Source of the DNA: Balanoglossus misakiensis
Taxonomy: Eukaryota > Animalia > Hemichordata
DNA: 64,000 nt
NCBI GenBank assembly: GCA_040954595.2
Contig: CM082577.2
Location: 5,940,301 to 6,004,300, forward strand
Direction of reading: 5' to 3'
Each line of letters begins with the position of its first letter. Position 1 is the first letter of the stretch. The notes beneath the pieces were generated by a model. The model did not search any database, was not told where the DNA came from, and saw only the letters and a list, made by a program, of their open reading frames with translations. The position numbers and the translations under genes were made by a program. Below, piece after piece: positions 1 to 12,421 of this stretch.

Positions 1-1421
1 ATGATTTTTGGGAGTGTATATCAGTCTCTTCTCTGCCATAAATCACCATAGGTTGGCGTTTGAGTGTACCGCATCATGGTAACATGTACAATGATTTTAA
101 CTTCAAACTGTATGTGGTTATTAAAATCCCTCGTAAAGGCGCACGCCGTTGCCCGGAACGTACGTGAGAGCGCACGCTTGGGATGCGTCCCGGTGTTAAC
201 ACCGGCACACACATGCGGCGCTCGTGCGATCACCCCGACCTCTGTGACCCTCGTTCGTCTTGAAGTTGTTTATCAGCATTTTCATGTTTATTTTGTGTGC
301 GATACCTGATTTTATTTAATAATGCCAGGTAGGTAGGTAGGTAGGTAGGGTAAAGAAAAGTATAATGTATTCGTTTAATGATAACCCATTTCAAAACCGC
401 CAGTGTGCGTATATTGTCGATGATGACTTCTATTTCTTTTTTCATATTTATTTCTAGGCTTTGAGGTGCGAGCGGCACACCTGGTGAGTCCATTGTTATT
501 ATATACACCAGGTGCCTTCTACGAATCGTTGTCTTGCGGCGATGATGTTTTTGTGACTGATCCCCCTGCGGTACCATCCATCAACCCATCCACGTGAGCA
601 GTCACCGCCCTCTGGCACTGTCTATACGACAGTCAGCGAGTATCGCAGGAAAACTCAGTCACATACCCGCAGCTGTTCCCTTCACCGAACGCAGACGGCT
701 TTTGTGAATCTCCGCGGGCGCGGAAGCTCCTTGTGTTAAAAAAAAACCCACTGAAAACACTCCTTTCAAATAATTTGTGGTTTGCAGTACGTGACGTCGT
801 CGTCGAAGCGTGTGCACGCCGTCATTTGGGATAACGTAATCGTCTTGCACGTTGAGAATTATTCGAAAGCTTTTGTATACAGCAAACGTATACAAATCTG
901 CCGTTGCGCTTAATTGTGGCACTAATACACGGGCGCGTGCAGATTAATTAGAGAGGGAGATCCGGGTCATTGTTACCTGGACTTGACCACCATTGTCGTT
1001 TGTGCAGAAAATTGGAATATGTGTTCGCGGGAATCACGTTGAATATTCATATGTTAATGTGCTCGACGCGAGAGGCAGTGACGCTGCAAATCAGGCTCAA
1101 TTGGTTGTAATGAACCGATCTCGTCGAGTAGGCTTTCAAAGAGAGAGAGGAGCTCCTGGATTTGCAAGCGCACCCACACAGCGGGCAACGTACGGGTCGA
1201 CTCCGTGTGCGAGACTACAGCCGCCAAAGCAGAGCGCCGACCGTCGAACTCAACCACCGCGCGCCTAAAATTCTAATAATTTATACGATGTCCGCATGTC
1301 ACGTTTAGGAGGCGTCCGTTATTAGTATCAACCAACCACGAGAACTGGTACGACACCGTTTTCCTAATAGCCCTCGGCAGCCAGTTCGGTCGGATTCTAC
1401 TCCCCCGGTATCAATTCAACG

Positions 1422-2138
1422 ATGGGCGATTCGGACCTGAGACATCGTTTGGTGGTGCTGGGCGCGGGGAAAGTTGGAAAGAGTTCGATCATCGCCAGGT
1501 TTTTACAGGCGCATTTCACCGACAAGTACAAGGAAACAATAGAGGATCTGCACTGCCGTGAGTACGACATTAACGGCAGTGTTATTAAGGTGGATATCCT
1601 GGATACGGCCGGCTCCCAGGCGTTTCCAGCCATGAGAAGACTTTCGATTTCCACCGCGCATGCGTTTCTGCTCGTCTACAGCATCGACGACAAGGATTCC
1701 TTCGATGAAGTCAAGCAGATTTATGAGCAGATCCGTGAACAGAAATCGAATTACCAAGAGATTCCATTAGTCGTGGTGGGGAATAAAATGGATTTGAGCC
1801 TGGACCGACAGGTTGAAAAGACCGACGTGGAGGAGCACATAGCCCAGCAGAACTGGCACGGTTCCTTCATAGAGGTGTCCGCCAAGACCAACTCGAACAT
1901 TCTGGACATTTTCCAAAAGCTGCTGCACCAGGCCAACATACCGGCGGCCCGACAGCTGAGCCCCATACTCAGGCGGCGGATGAGCGAGCGCACGAAGACC
2001 GGCAAGCCGCCAACCCTCTTGCACGAGGCCGCCGAGGATAAGATGATGCGCAGGAGCCGCAGTCTGATCCGTCGCACCAGCAAACCGAAAATGAAACACG
2101 ACGGCGACCCGAGCAGAAATGATTGTGTTATTTCGTAA
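1422..2138 (+). CDS. Ras-family small GTPase, Rhes/Dexras1 (RASD)/Di-Ras-like, single coding exon, 238 aa
   Basis: G1 GAGKVGKS, effector loop YKETIEDL, G3 DTAGS, FPAMRRLSI (RASD/Di-Ras signature), G4 NKMD, G5 SAK, basic C-terminal extension and CaaX box CVIS*. Confidence 0.93.
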   Translation: MGDSDLRHRLVVLGAGKVGKSSIIARFLQAHFTDKYKETIEDLHCREYDINGSVIKVDILDTAGSQAFPAMRRLSISTAHAFLLVYSIDDKDSFDEVKQIYEQIREQKSNYQEIPLVVVGNKMDLSLDRQVEKTDVEEHIAQQNWHGSFIEVSAKTNSNILDIFQKLLHQANIPAARQLSPILRRRMSERTKTGKPPTLLHEAAEDKMMRRSRSLIRRTSKPKMKHDGDPSRNDCVIS

Positions 2139-5100
2139 AGGGATCGCTGCCTCGTATGTGACACTAATTTTGAGCTCAAAAGAGTAAGTCTTATCGCAGT
2201 GGAGTGATCGACGACGGTGCTACTATGTAGTGTATAGTAGCCATGCACAGCAATATTTGCGGTTCAGTCGCTCAGCCTCGATGATAGCGATGACGTGTTA
2301 ACAAAGTTGGTACCTGTACACCAATGAACAAAGGCTTTTGATCATTGACGATCACGAAGTGGTGCTAGAGCCCAACAATATAACACAAGTCGACATGCTA
2401 CCAGTTACATATCAACAGATAGCAACGTAGAATTTTAACACACCAATACAGACCACAGATTCTGTAAGCTTAGGCTATACATGAACACCTATTACTAGTA
2501 ATGTACTTTTATCAAACCGTGTCATTACACTGCATTGTATGTTTTATCAATCCAATCAACCGAGTACTGTTATCCCATTTTGACTTCGACGCGGTCGTGC
2601 TTGAGCCCCTAGAACCGGGCGTATATTTAGCTGCTGTCGTCGTCTTTAACTTTTACTATCGACGAATTCAGCCGGGCAATGTACTCGACGGTTAAGATGA
2701 GCACGATGTGAAGGCTTCTGGTTCGAAATCTGCCTTCAGAACATTGTATACACCATGGATGTCGTCGGCTTTTTTGAAAGCATTTTCACACCCATTCGTG
2801 TGTAAATCATTAGTGGGGATTATCATCACGGGCAGAATAGAAGTTTGCGGGAATATCCGTCGTCAAAGGGAGACGCATATTTTTTATGAGTAGCAGATAT
2901 GGACAGATTTCACAGAAAAGAACAAATTCATGTTCCCGCGCAAAGCTTCTGACGACAACTCACCAATTCACACTGGACACGGTGCCTTGAACACGCCTTT
3001 TATCCGCATTTCACTACTCACTAACGCTCCGGTGTTCGTAGCCGACAAAATTTTTATGATATAGAGTCTTTGAAGCGCATTTTATTGGCGTGAGTGAATT
3101 ATGGTCGTGCATGTAATCCACTTCACGTCTCCTTTTTTGTAATGATACTAATGATTTGTCATAATTATTTGTACTTCACACCACTGCCATCGACAATACG
3201 CAATACAAAAACCCATTTTGCACTATCACTCTCTCGTGACAGTAGTAGTCAATTCATTCAGCGAGATTGAACTGCGAGATAGACGCATGGTATACATGAA
3301 ATAGGTTAACAGAACGCGGGTTCCATCTGTGTAGACTTAACATCTTAATAATTGAGACAACATAGCAAATGTGGGACCGGATACATTCAGAGCAAACAAC
3401 ATCCGGGTCTTAATACCAATCAGCATAACTGTTGTGCCGTGTTGGACTTCACTTCGACAACTTAATTAAACCATCATCAAGTACACTCTGTGACAGCAAG
3501 CCATCGGGTACGGCTTATACTTCATTAAATGACAATGACGATGATGATAGGACACCGATCTGAATTTAACAGCTTCAAAAAGTGACCTTCAAATCCACTG
3601 AAGTGGCGAGGTCACTCCGTTATAGACCGTGGTATCGTGCGCGTGCGCAGCGCCAATGTTTACAAATAATCTCACCGCGTGTACAATGTATACCGCAAGA
3701 AAAATGGCCGCGTGTTCCAAGCTCCCTGCCATACGCTATATTTCATGTCATAGCTGACGCGACACCTCTTCCCTCCCCCCTCCACATTAATATATAAGGC
3801 TACAACCACACACCGTAGGCTGCATATTATCACAAAACAAAACAATATGGCGTGCGTTGATTGTACAGGATGTCGCGTGTGGTGGGGTAACCCCACGGAT
3901 GGTTCTGAGGGCACCTTTGGGATATTGAAAAGGTCTTATTTGCCCCAGGGTCTTTTTACATGTATTTTCTATCTCACAACCGGATAAAGGTGCGCTCGCT
4001 CATTCATTGCAGGCTGCAATGTCCGGATTTAAATTCAATGAGGGATGCCTAATGACACTCCATGCCCATCTGCGTTGATATGCAGATTAATTTTCAACAG
4101 TTGCAAATAAAACGTGTCCCAAATTGCTTCACAACAACGTTACTGCCACTGAGTGCAGCTCTTAAATCTCAGCTTAAGCCTTGGAGTATATTATCTTCAT
4201 TTTCCTTGTGCCATAAAAAAAATATGACATAATCGAAATTGTCTCCCAAATGTTTGAGAAATGTTTTTAAAAGCTTTTCAGCTGTAAATATTTAGATGCG
4301 CATCCCTGTGCTATAGGCTTAATGCAATAGAGATTCAAATCTCCTCGTGGTATTTCAGAACACGAGTAAAGCTGTATCATTAAATAATATTTAGTATTTT
4401 TGTTTGTAAAATCACACTGTTATTACATTGCTAATTCAGGTGGTTTTTGATGCAACATATGTTTTGAATTATTCCTACTATTGAAAAAAAATCAGTAACC
4501 GATAATAAGTATCACTCGCTTGAGGTGAAATGAGGGTGTGCTTGCTCGTTGGTCCAGTAGTTGGAAACAGAGATTGATGGGGTCAACTCTGATCTGTTCT
4601 GAACGACTAGTGCATCTTCAAAAATCATCAGCGTAGAAGTTCAACGATGTTATTAACAGACTAGAAAGGATATAAAACACTCCCTGGTTCGACGCTGAAA
4701 CGTGCGAATGACTAACGAGATTTCAAACGTTGGTCCACAAGTCCACAAGCAGAGGAGTAATCACGAAAGCTGCCGTGAAATCTATATCCGGCTTATAATA
4801 GGATTGATGTGTGCCTGGTTAATAGATAATAAACATGTGTTGGAGTCCCCCTCGCCAGGTATTCAGTGATCAGTCGGCAACGACAACCATTTTTTTCTGC
4901 CGTACAAACGCGGGTTAACCGTTAGGCCTTCGAAAACAAGAATTTCGTTAATTAGTCTCTTTTTTCAAGGTATCGTTATTATGATGACATAGCAGTAACC
5001 AGCCGGGGGATTTGGTTGCCGTGGAGATGTACACATCATGTTGCCTGCCATTTTATGGGTTTAATGCGACTGTCGTAAAAAGTCCTTTTTTTCTTTTATC

Positions 5101-6744
5101 GTAAAACGACCATAAAAAGATAAACTGTCCAGAGTCGTTTGGTCCTTTTTACTGCAAAACTGCTGTAAACTGTTCCCGAACGTTTTCTTTCCCAAAAACT
5201 GTGGTATTTCTGTTAATGAGTTCCCTAAGCTAAACACGACATGTTTGTCTCTATCTACCACCTGGTGCTAATGAATTTTACGTTTGTTTTATATATTCAA
5301 TTTATGTGTTAAATTGACATGTTCCTCGTTTGTCATACTAGTGTAGGGATGTCGAGGTGGTGTTGGACTAAAAATCAGCGTGACGCCTATACTGGACTCT
5401 CACAAAAGCTCTTAATGAGAACATGAAGAATAATTTGACGCTGGAAACCGATGCACTGGATGCTAAATACTGTGTACATAACTGAGTTCGTGCAAAAGGG
5501 ATCGGAAACTCATGAAATTTCGACGGAAAGTATCGCTTTCCACAAATAAAGGGAGAAAAGTCAACCTTTAAGGGAATGGGCATTTTGGTCTATTCCCAGT
5601 ATTGCAATTTGTTTCGCACAGAAACAGTACTGGCGAATCTCCAGTGCATCGTTTTGAACCTTACTTTACAGACGGGGTTTTTGCACTCTGTCGCCATTAA
5701 TTACACTGCGCCATGCATTCTCCTTTCCCACTAATTTCCTGAATTAATTGCCGGGGAGCAGTCTAAACGTGAATATATGGGAAGAATATCGAGCCTCTGT
5801 CGGCCATACGTGGTCACAATCATCGCAAGTTGAAAGTACTTCAGTCTGCTGTCTTTGATCTGTTGCGTTCGAATGATCCGTTCAAGCCAGTCTCCCCTCC
5901 CCCCCCCCCCACATTCAGATGGATGACAGAGCTAGACTTCAATTACCCTCGTTGCATGGTAGTGCGTGTCTGATGGGACGAGAGTTAACAACGTGGCAAC
6001 TGCTTCCCAAACGAAGCTAGTTTTACGCTCCGCGTTCCATTTCATCCCTGGATGAGTCATAAAACCACGATTTATCCACATATAAAACCCACAAAATGCC
6101 TTTCTGCCAATTAGTTTTCCGCCATCATACTCTTACATCACTTTCTAAATGTCGACTACGAATGGCTATAGCAAACTCTGCCACGACTCGCTCCAGGCAC
6201 CACAGACTCAGAACCTGCCCACTCAGCGTTATTCCTAACATTTTATTCTATTACGGCGATTAACCGGGCGTACCGCCCTCGGTTCAGCAATAGTCTGTCT
6301 TTAGCAAGGCCCCGAAGTACCCATTCAATTACACATATTTCAATCACACCAAAGTAATGACCGGTAAGATGGATACACTCCACAGTGTATACGGACAGAA
6401 TAATGGCTTCGAGAAATTATCTAGAAGCGTGTTTCTTTTCTCAGCTGGCAAAATATATATCTGACGAAAATGTTTCATGATACGGTCCCTATGATGCCAG
6501 AACTCAAAACTGCAGTGTGCGATGGACAGGCGCGGAAGCCCTTAGAACACTGATTTCGAAAGCGGTATTTGGAAAATGGCAATTCCGAGTAAACTGCGCT
6601 TTTTTGATGTGTGATTAAAATTTAATATCTAATATAACTTAACATCTGCTACGAACTTAAGCGATGATTTCGTGATTTGTTTCACCATTTACGCATAAAT
6701 TCATTTTATTATACACCTACTGCTGTAACCTATGGAGTTCCGTA

Positions 6745-7357
6745 ATACAATAATTCGCGGTATCACCGTCCAATAATTATTCAAATGAGGACGCGGAGTC
6801 CCATAACCCACAGGGTTATTGGACGCATATTTGACCTTTGACCTCACAGCTGTCTGATGTAAACAATGATGATATTGCACCCTACTCTCACAAAAAAATT
6901 ATATAAAAAGTACACAGTCGTTATTAAACAAAATTATTGGTGGCCCAAGATGCGAAATAAGTCAAAATCCACGCTGAAATTTCAGTCGAAGGTATCTGTG
7001 AACGAACAGGCGAGCGCGTTCATACCTGCAGCGTAGAACGTCGCGCGCGAGACATCGGCAGCTCGACACTAGCATCACCTGATGCGCGAGGTGAAGGCGC
7101 GTTCGATATGCAAATTACATCATGGCGGCGTCTGAAAACTAGAAAGTCCGATAGCGGCCTATTTTTTCTTTATCGTTCATCAAGGATGTCCGGAAAAGGT
7201 GTATAATAATAAGGTTATTCACAAAATACCGGGATTTATGTCCTCGTACATCGTACGCTTCGGTATTGTCCTCGACGCTGCGCGTCTCGGACAATACCTG
7301 CGCTGCACGATGTACTCGGACATAAATCCCGGTATTTTGTGAATAACCTTATATTAT
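6745..7357. mobile_element. Probable non-autonomous DNA element with a short inverted repeat near the left end and a 144-bp hairpin at the right end
   Basis: Hairpin 7209-7352 (ATAAGGTTATTCACAAAATACCGGGATTTATGTCC ... GGACATAAATCCCGGTATTTTGTGAATAACCTTAT). Short IR CGTCCAATAA...TTATTGGACG at about 6767-6825. The hairpin is certain; the outer boundaries are inferred. Confidence 0.6.
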
Positions 7358-10300
7358 TTGCTCTTCACTCGCCACGGTGGTCGTCCTTCAATAATATATG
7401 ACGTTTTACATTCGATGTCTTAACAGGAATGTGCTCCCTACCCACCAAACCCTAACTTATTTGTTATCTCTTGGCTTGCTCAGACATTGATTACTCAGAG
7501 AGAGAGACTAATTTATCAACAGATAGATAACGCAGTATGCCGAGAGAAAACATAATTTATTGGCGGTGGGTAACGCACGTGGTACTGTGCAGATGGTGCA
7601 TGGTTCTAACAGTGTGGGCAGGATGTTCATCAGGCTTCTTGTCATGCTCACGTCGTAGATAAAGCACAGACGACAGCGGAAAATTGGACCCAAATTTTAA
7701 CTGGAAAATGTAAAAGGTACGTGGACATGCAGATGGTGGATCCGATAGGATCAGCAGAATTACTCTACATGAAGTATCGGCGGCATAACTTATCTTTACT
7801 GCCTTCTACATTGTGCTAATCAGGCAGGTCTGAAGGTGTAATAGATGCACTTACTGTGGTTGAGAAATGCACCTGCCCAAACCCATGACTCTAATTCATT
7901 TTAATATCTTGGCGGGGTGATTTATTTACTACAAAAAAAACTGTCGAAATTTGTGGCAAAACACGCTCAAATTGAATATGAGAGGGCTGCCAGCTGTTAA
8001 CGATTTTCTTCCTGTCTTCGGTACTCGTGGGTGGCGGCAAATTTATTACACGGATCCAGGTGGGTAATCGCACCTTTATTGCCCGACCCAGCGTGGTTGT
8101 CAGTAAAATTTATTGTCCTTTTGTTTATCTAAAATACCAAAGGTTTCGTTCAAGGCACCATGCATTCCCATATTTTTTAAAAGGCAGATGGGAATATAAA
8201 CCACAGCTGAATGTTGGCTTTAAGGCCGACTTTTTTATTTTGCATTGTAAAAATCTGTATAGCAAATTGATGATTCTGTCGGCCCGACGAGAGAAAACAG
8301 AATGGAGGTGAGAAAACACACATCTCTGGTTTGAATACATCATACAGTACTATTTTGCGAATCCGACCTAGACTTCTATATTTCGACCACAGCTGCATTG
8401 ACAAAAACAGGAGCGATCGCACGAACTCAGCTGGTTATATACTGGTGATTTATATACATTTTATTGAAATCACGCGAGGAAGTTCAACAGTGCCAAAATG
8501 TAGTGCGTGCTTATGAATAAAAACACACATTCATAACTAATATATCATACTGCGAGGGAAGTGTGGAATCGATTGCAGGAAACTTATTTTTGCTAAAAAT
8601 ATGACGTGGCAATCTTTATATAGAAATTACCATATTACACGAAAAGAATAGGTTTGTTGCGTTTATTTGTTATGCGTTTCGCACACTGCACTTCTCATTA
8701 CTGGTAGTTTTTCAATGGGGTGTCTTGTTAGATATTATCTAAGATAGTGCTGTCCAATACCGCCTTCATTGTCATTCAACAACTGAATTCCTATCTTGAG
8801 AATGGGTAATTTGTTTTCTGTATTAGAGGGTCATGAACGAAAGTGATTTGTATAAAAAAGAAACCAGTAGTCTACGCGAAGTATACCGAGCCGTTGTTTT
8901 AATTAGGTGTCGCCAGATACTCGCAGACAACGGTCCATTCGAAATGTTGCCACGTGCGGCTCGGAGTCATCACCATGGTAACCAGAATTGACGTCAGTGC
9001 TTCCTTGGGGAGTTCACGAATCCTTAATCCGTGGCTACAAATTGGATTAATCAATAGGTGATTCGTTACAGGCTTTTCGTTTTAGGATAACCGGGCGTCT
9101 TTCCTTCGGCCTAAATCAACAACAGTGGCAACCCTGGCCAGTCTCTATTCGTTCCATCTGCCAAGCGCAGCATCATTGTCATCGGCGAAGCGAAAGACAC
9201 CAACCAGGTGTTCGACTCCGGGTCGCAGGTGGTTGCCATGGTGACCCTTTCCACCGAAGAGCGGGGATTCAAACCGGAATATGTGTGTACTCGTGTGTAT
9301 AAAAATAGAGACAAATTTACAGCTGTATAACGTAATTCGTTCTTTCTCATGTACTTAGCCGTACATAATATGTCAGGATGTAATCTAACAGTTGAAGCAC
9401 GTTGTACAATGCAGGGTGGACAAACGGACCATAAAACGCTAGCCGATCAACAAAAGAGTGGCATATGTCCTTTTTGCATGAAATGTAAAAAGAAATATAC
9501 GCTCAATGGTTGTGCACAGACATTTCAGAGACATAAACATTACAATGTACATATCGCACAAAAGAACAGGTGCACGCAAACTTTCACAGTAGAACAGGAA
9601 AGTACTTTCAACAGGTGACAGCTCCATTTTTTCAGAAAAAACAACATCAAATATTTATCTGTCTACTTCGATATTACTGGACAAAAGTTATGTAAATCAA
9701 AGAGTCGCGATTCACCCGCTGTCAATACGTCGCATTGTTGCGATCACCGCAGGGTTTTTTTCCAGTCAGTCTGAACCCCGATTATGCTGTCGACATCTAT
9801 CCTTCTGAACGGGTAAACCTTTGCAATTTACGTACTTTGTGTGTTGGGATGGAGGCAAAAAGTGAAACGTTCAATGAGCACGCGTGCCGAGGACAAACAC
9901 TCCACTACAGGAGACGGCGTAACAGCTGGGCTAACTTGCCGACAATCGGATTACTGACTCTGTACTCTTCACCAGAATTGTACTGTTCCGCCGCAGAATC
10001 CATGTTTGAAAAGCTCTATCAAACAGTCCCTTAAACGCATTCCTCACTCATAAAAATAGTTTTTGACTGATTACCCAAAGCAATGAAAGTATCAGGCTAT
10101 CAAGCTGCACACGAGTACGTTAACGATGTCCGAGTCAGATGGGACTTGCCTGACGGACGATTTAACTGCCCCCGTGTGGTGTTGGAAGTCCTGCAAATCG
10201 TTCCTGTGTTTTTTTATAAACGTCCACAAATTGCTTAAAGTTTGTCGACCGTGATTACACCTAAAACTCGTCGGAAGTGAGAATGAAGAGATAAAGATGA

Positions 10301-11721
10301 CAGAGATTCTAGCGCTTTCGCGTTGGACACAACCATTATCTCTGACAGAGTCTGTTACACCATTCTCGAGAATGGAGCTACCTTCGTCAAGCTTATACAT
10401 GTATTGGCCATACTTTCCCGGTCTTTGCAGTGACAACTGCGTATTGGCGAATCCTAACGGTTCGGATAGCAACTTTTCATTCATTTTCCTCTTTAATCTG
10501 AACATTGCCTAGCACACTACACATTTCTGGCTACACATTCAAACGTAATCTGCCACCATTATGGCCGAAGAACCGTTTTTTGCTCCATTGAGACGGGACG
10601 CATTTATAGCGAAAACCTAAATTTTGCTACACGATCTTGTCGTCCATCGGTCGACAACATTCCAGACGACGTGATGTTATCTCTTACGTCAGGTATACAT
10701 ATTATTCAAGACGACAACAGCAACATGTTGAAATCTCTAAGCATCGTCCCCAGACGTTAAAAGCGACACAACCATTTAAACGCTAATTTCAACTCTTTCC
10801 ATGACCGTATAATTTTAATTTGTCACATGACGTTAAAGGTTCACGCTCAAATGGCTCTCGTTTGCAATAAACGGCGCACCCCATCAGCATTGCACTGTTC
10901 AATCCTCCCTTACGTCATCAGTTGTGCGTTGCACGTAGGGCCTGGGCAGAATTAACAGGCGGGGAGGGGGGGGGGGTCTGGACAATCACTATTTTTCATT
11001 GTAGATGTTCAGGTGAAGGGCACTAAATCTTGCGCCAGAATTTTGAGGTGGGTCAGTATTTTTCGTGCAAGGAAATTTTGCACGTAACATACAAATTATC
11101 AAAATCGTCTGATATTCGAGATTAACTGAGCGCAAACCCCAAACCGGTCGAACGATTGTGTATATTACGATAGATAATCAAATAAATAAATTTCCAATTT
11201 CTTTCTTTCGCAGCTTGTAACATGTTTTTGTTTTAACATATTGAAAATAAAATGAAATAAAAGCAAAGTAAAGAGTTTTCGATGTGGAGGATTGCCAGCA
11301 TTAGAGTAATCTGACAGTATTTGCCCGGATTCTCCACCGTGACATGAACATCATTTGCCGCGTCCACCAAAGACTGGTGCCATTACACTGTTCCATTCTA
11401 TTGCTTTCCCAGACACCTTAATGTGACACATCGCATGAGAAAGCCTGTACCCGTTGACTAGGAAATTGACAGCCATTTTCACCCCGAGTTAAGGGATAAT
11501 GCGCCAGTAACACGGCGGTAAAAAGGAGCGCCTTGTAAATTACGTCATACCTGTCATGTTCTAAACTGGAAACCGCGATTTGAGTTTCACGCGTCGCCGA
11601 ACGAATCGGGCAGAATCCTCTAAGAAATTCCTGCAAAAAGTTGTCTCCACCTAGTCACTGAAAAAAATCGCAGATTCTTAAACTTTGCACACAGTTCTCC
11701 CGTGTGTTATTGCTTATACTT

Positions 11722-12421
11722 TGTTACGGCACGCTGGCCGTTCACTTCCGAAACAGGGCAGTGAGCAAATAGACTTACTGAATGGCTCGCTTTAGTGAAC
11801 CAACCAGCGCAGCACGCAACAAAGACGGTCAACAATAGGCACACCACACGTTATTTCCTTGCTTATGGAAACTTTTAATTACTACAACTAAACATTGGTA
11901 ATTATATAAAATGACTATACACTGAGGAAAAAACACAGTAAAATAAATGACTACCTTAAATGTGACCAGGTGTGGGAAATGTAAAACTAAAGTCCAAGCT
12001 TCCGTAGCGCACGACGAACGCGACCAGCACCACGGCAGTCCCAACAGCGACGTTCAGTCCGAGTAGCGTTCTGGCACAATTCCCCGGTAGACGGCACGGC
12101 TTTCGGACGAATTCCCCATGAGGTAGCACGACTTCTGGGCCCGGTTTCCAGACCAGGACAGCATGAAATACAGCACAGTTTCTGGGCGCGGTTTCCAGAC
12201 CAGTGTATCAGGAAATAAGGCACATCTTCCAAGCCGGCGAGGAACAGAACAGCTCACACGGGCAAATCCAAATTAGTAGCTACGCCGCAACACAACGTGC
12301 GGGCTTTTTATATGGGGAAAATAATGAATGCACCACACCTGGTCAGGCAAATATTCAAATTACGAAAGTAAGCTAAAACACACCTGGTCACAAAACAACA
12401 GCAAACTTCTCCTACGTAACA
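11722..12421 (-). mobile_element. Solo LTR of an LTR retrotransposon (Gypsy-like), 700 bp
   Basis: Termini TGTTACG...CGTAACA; 4-bp target-site duplication ACTT (11718-11721 and 12422-12425); TATA-like CATATAAAAAG on the minus strand at about 12303-12314; internal direct repeat (12133-12156 / 12180-12203); no coding region. Confidence 0.8.

Noticed and set aside
10092-10505. 137-aa minus-strand ORF and similar 60-120 aa ORFs between 2.5 and 23 kb
   Set aside because: No recognisable motifs or consistent splice chain; lengths compatible with chance.
12133-12203. Two 24-bp direct repeats with a spacer, superficially CRISPR-like
   Set aside because: Only two units, inside an LTR in animal DNA, no cas genes.
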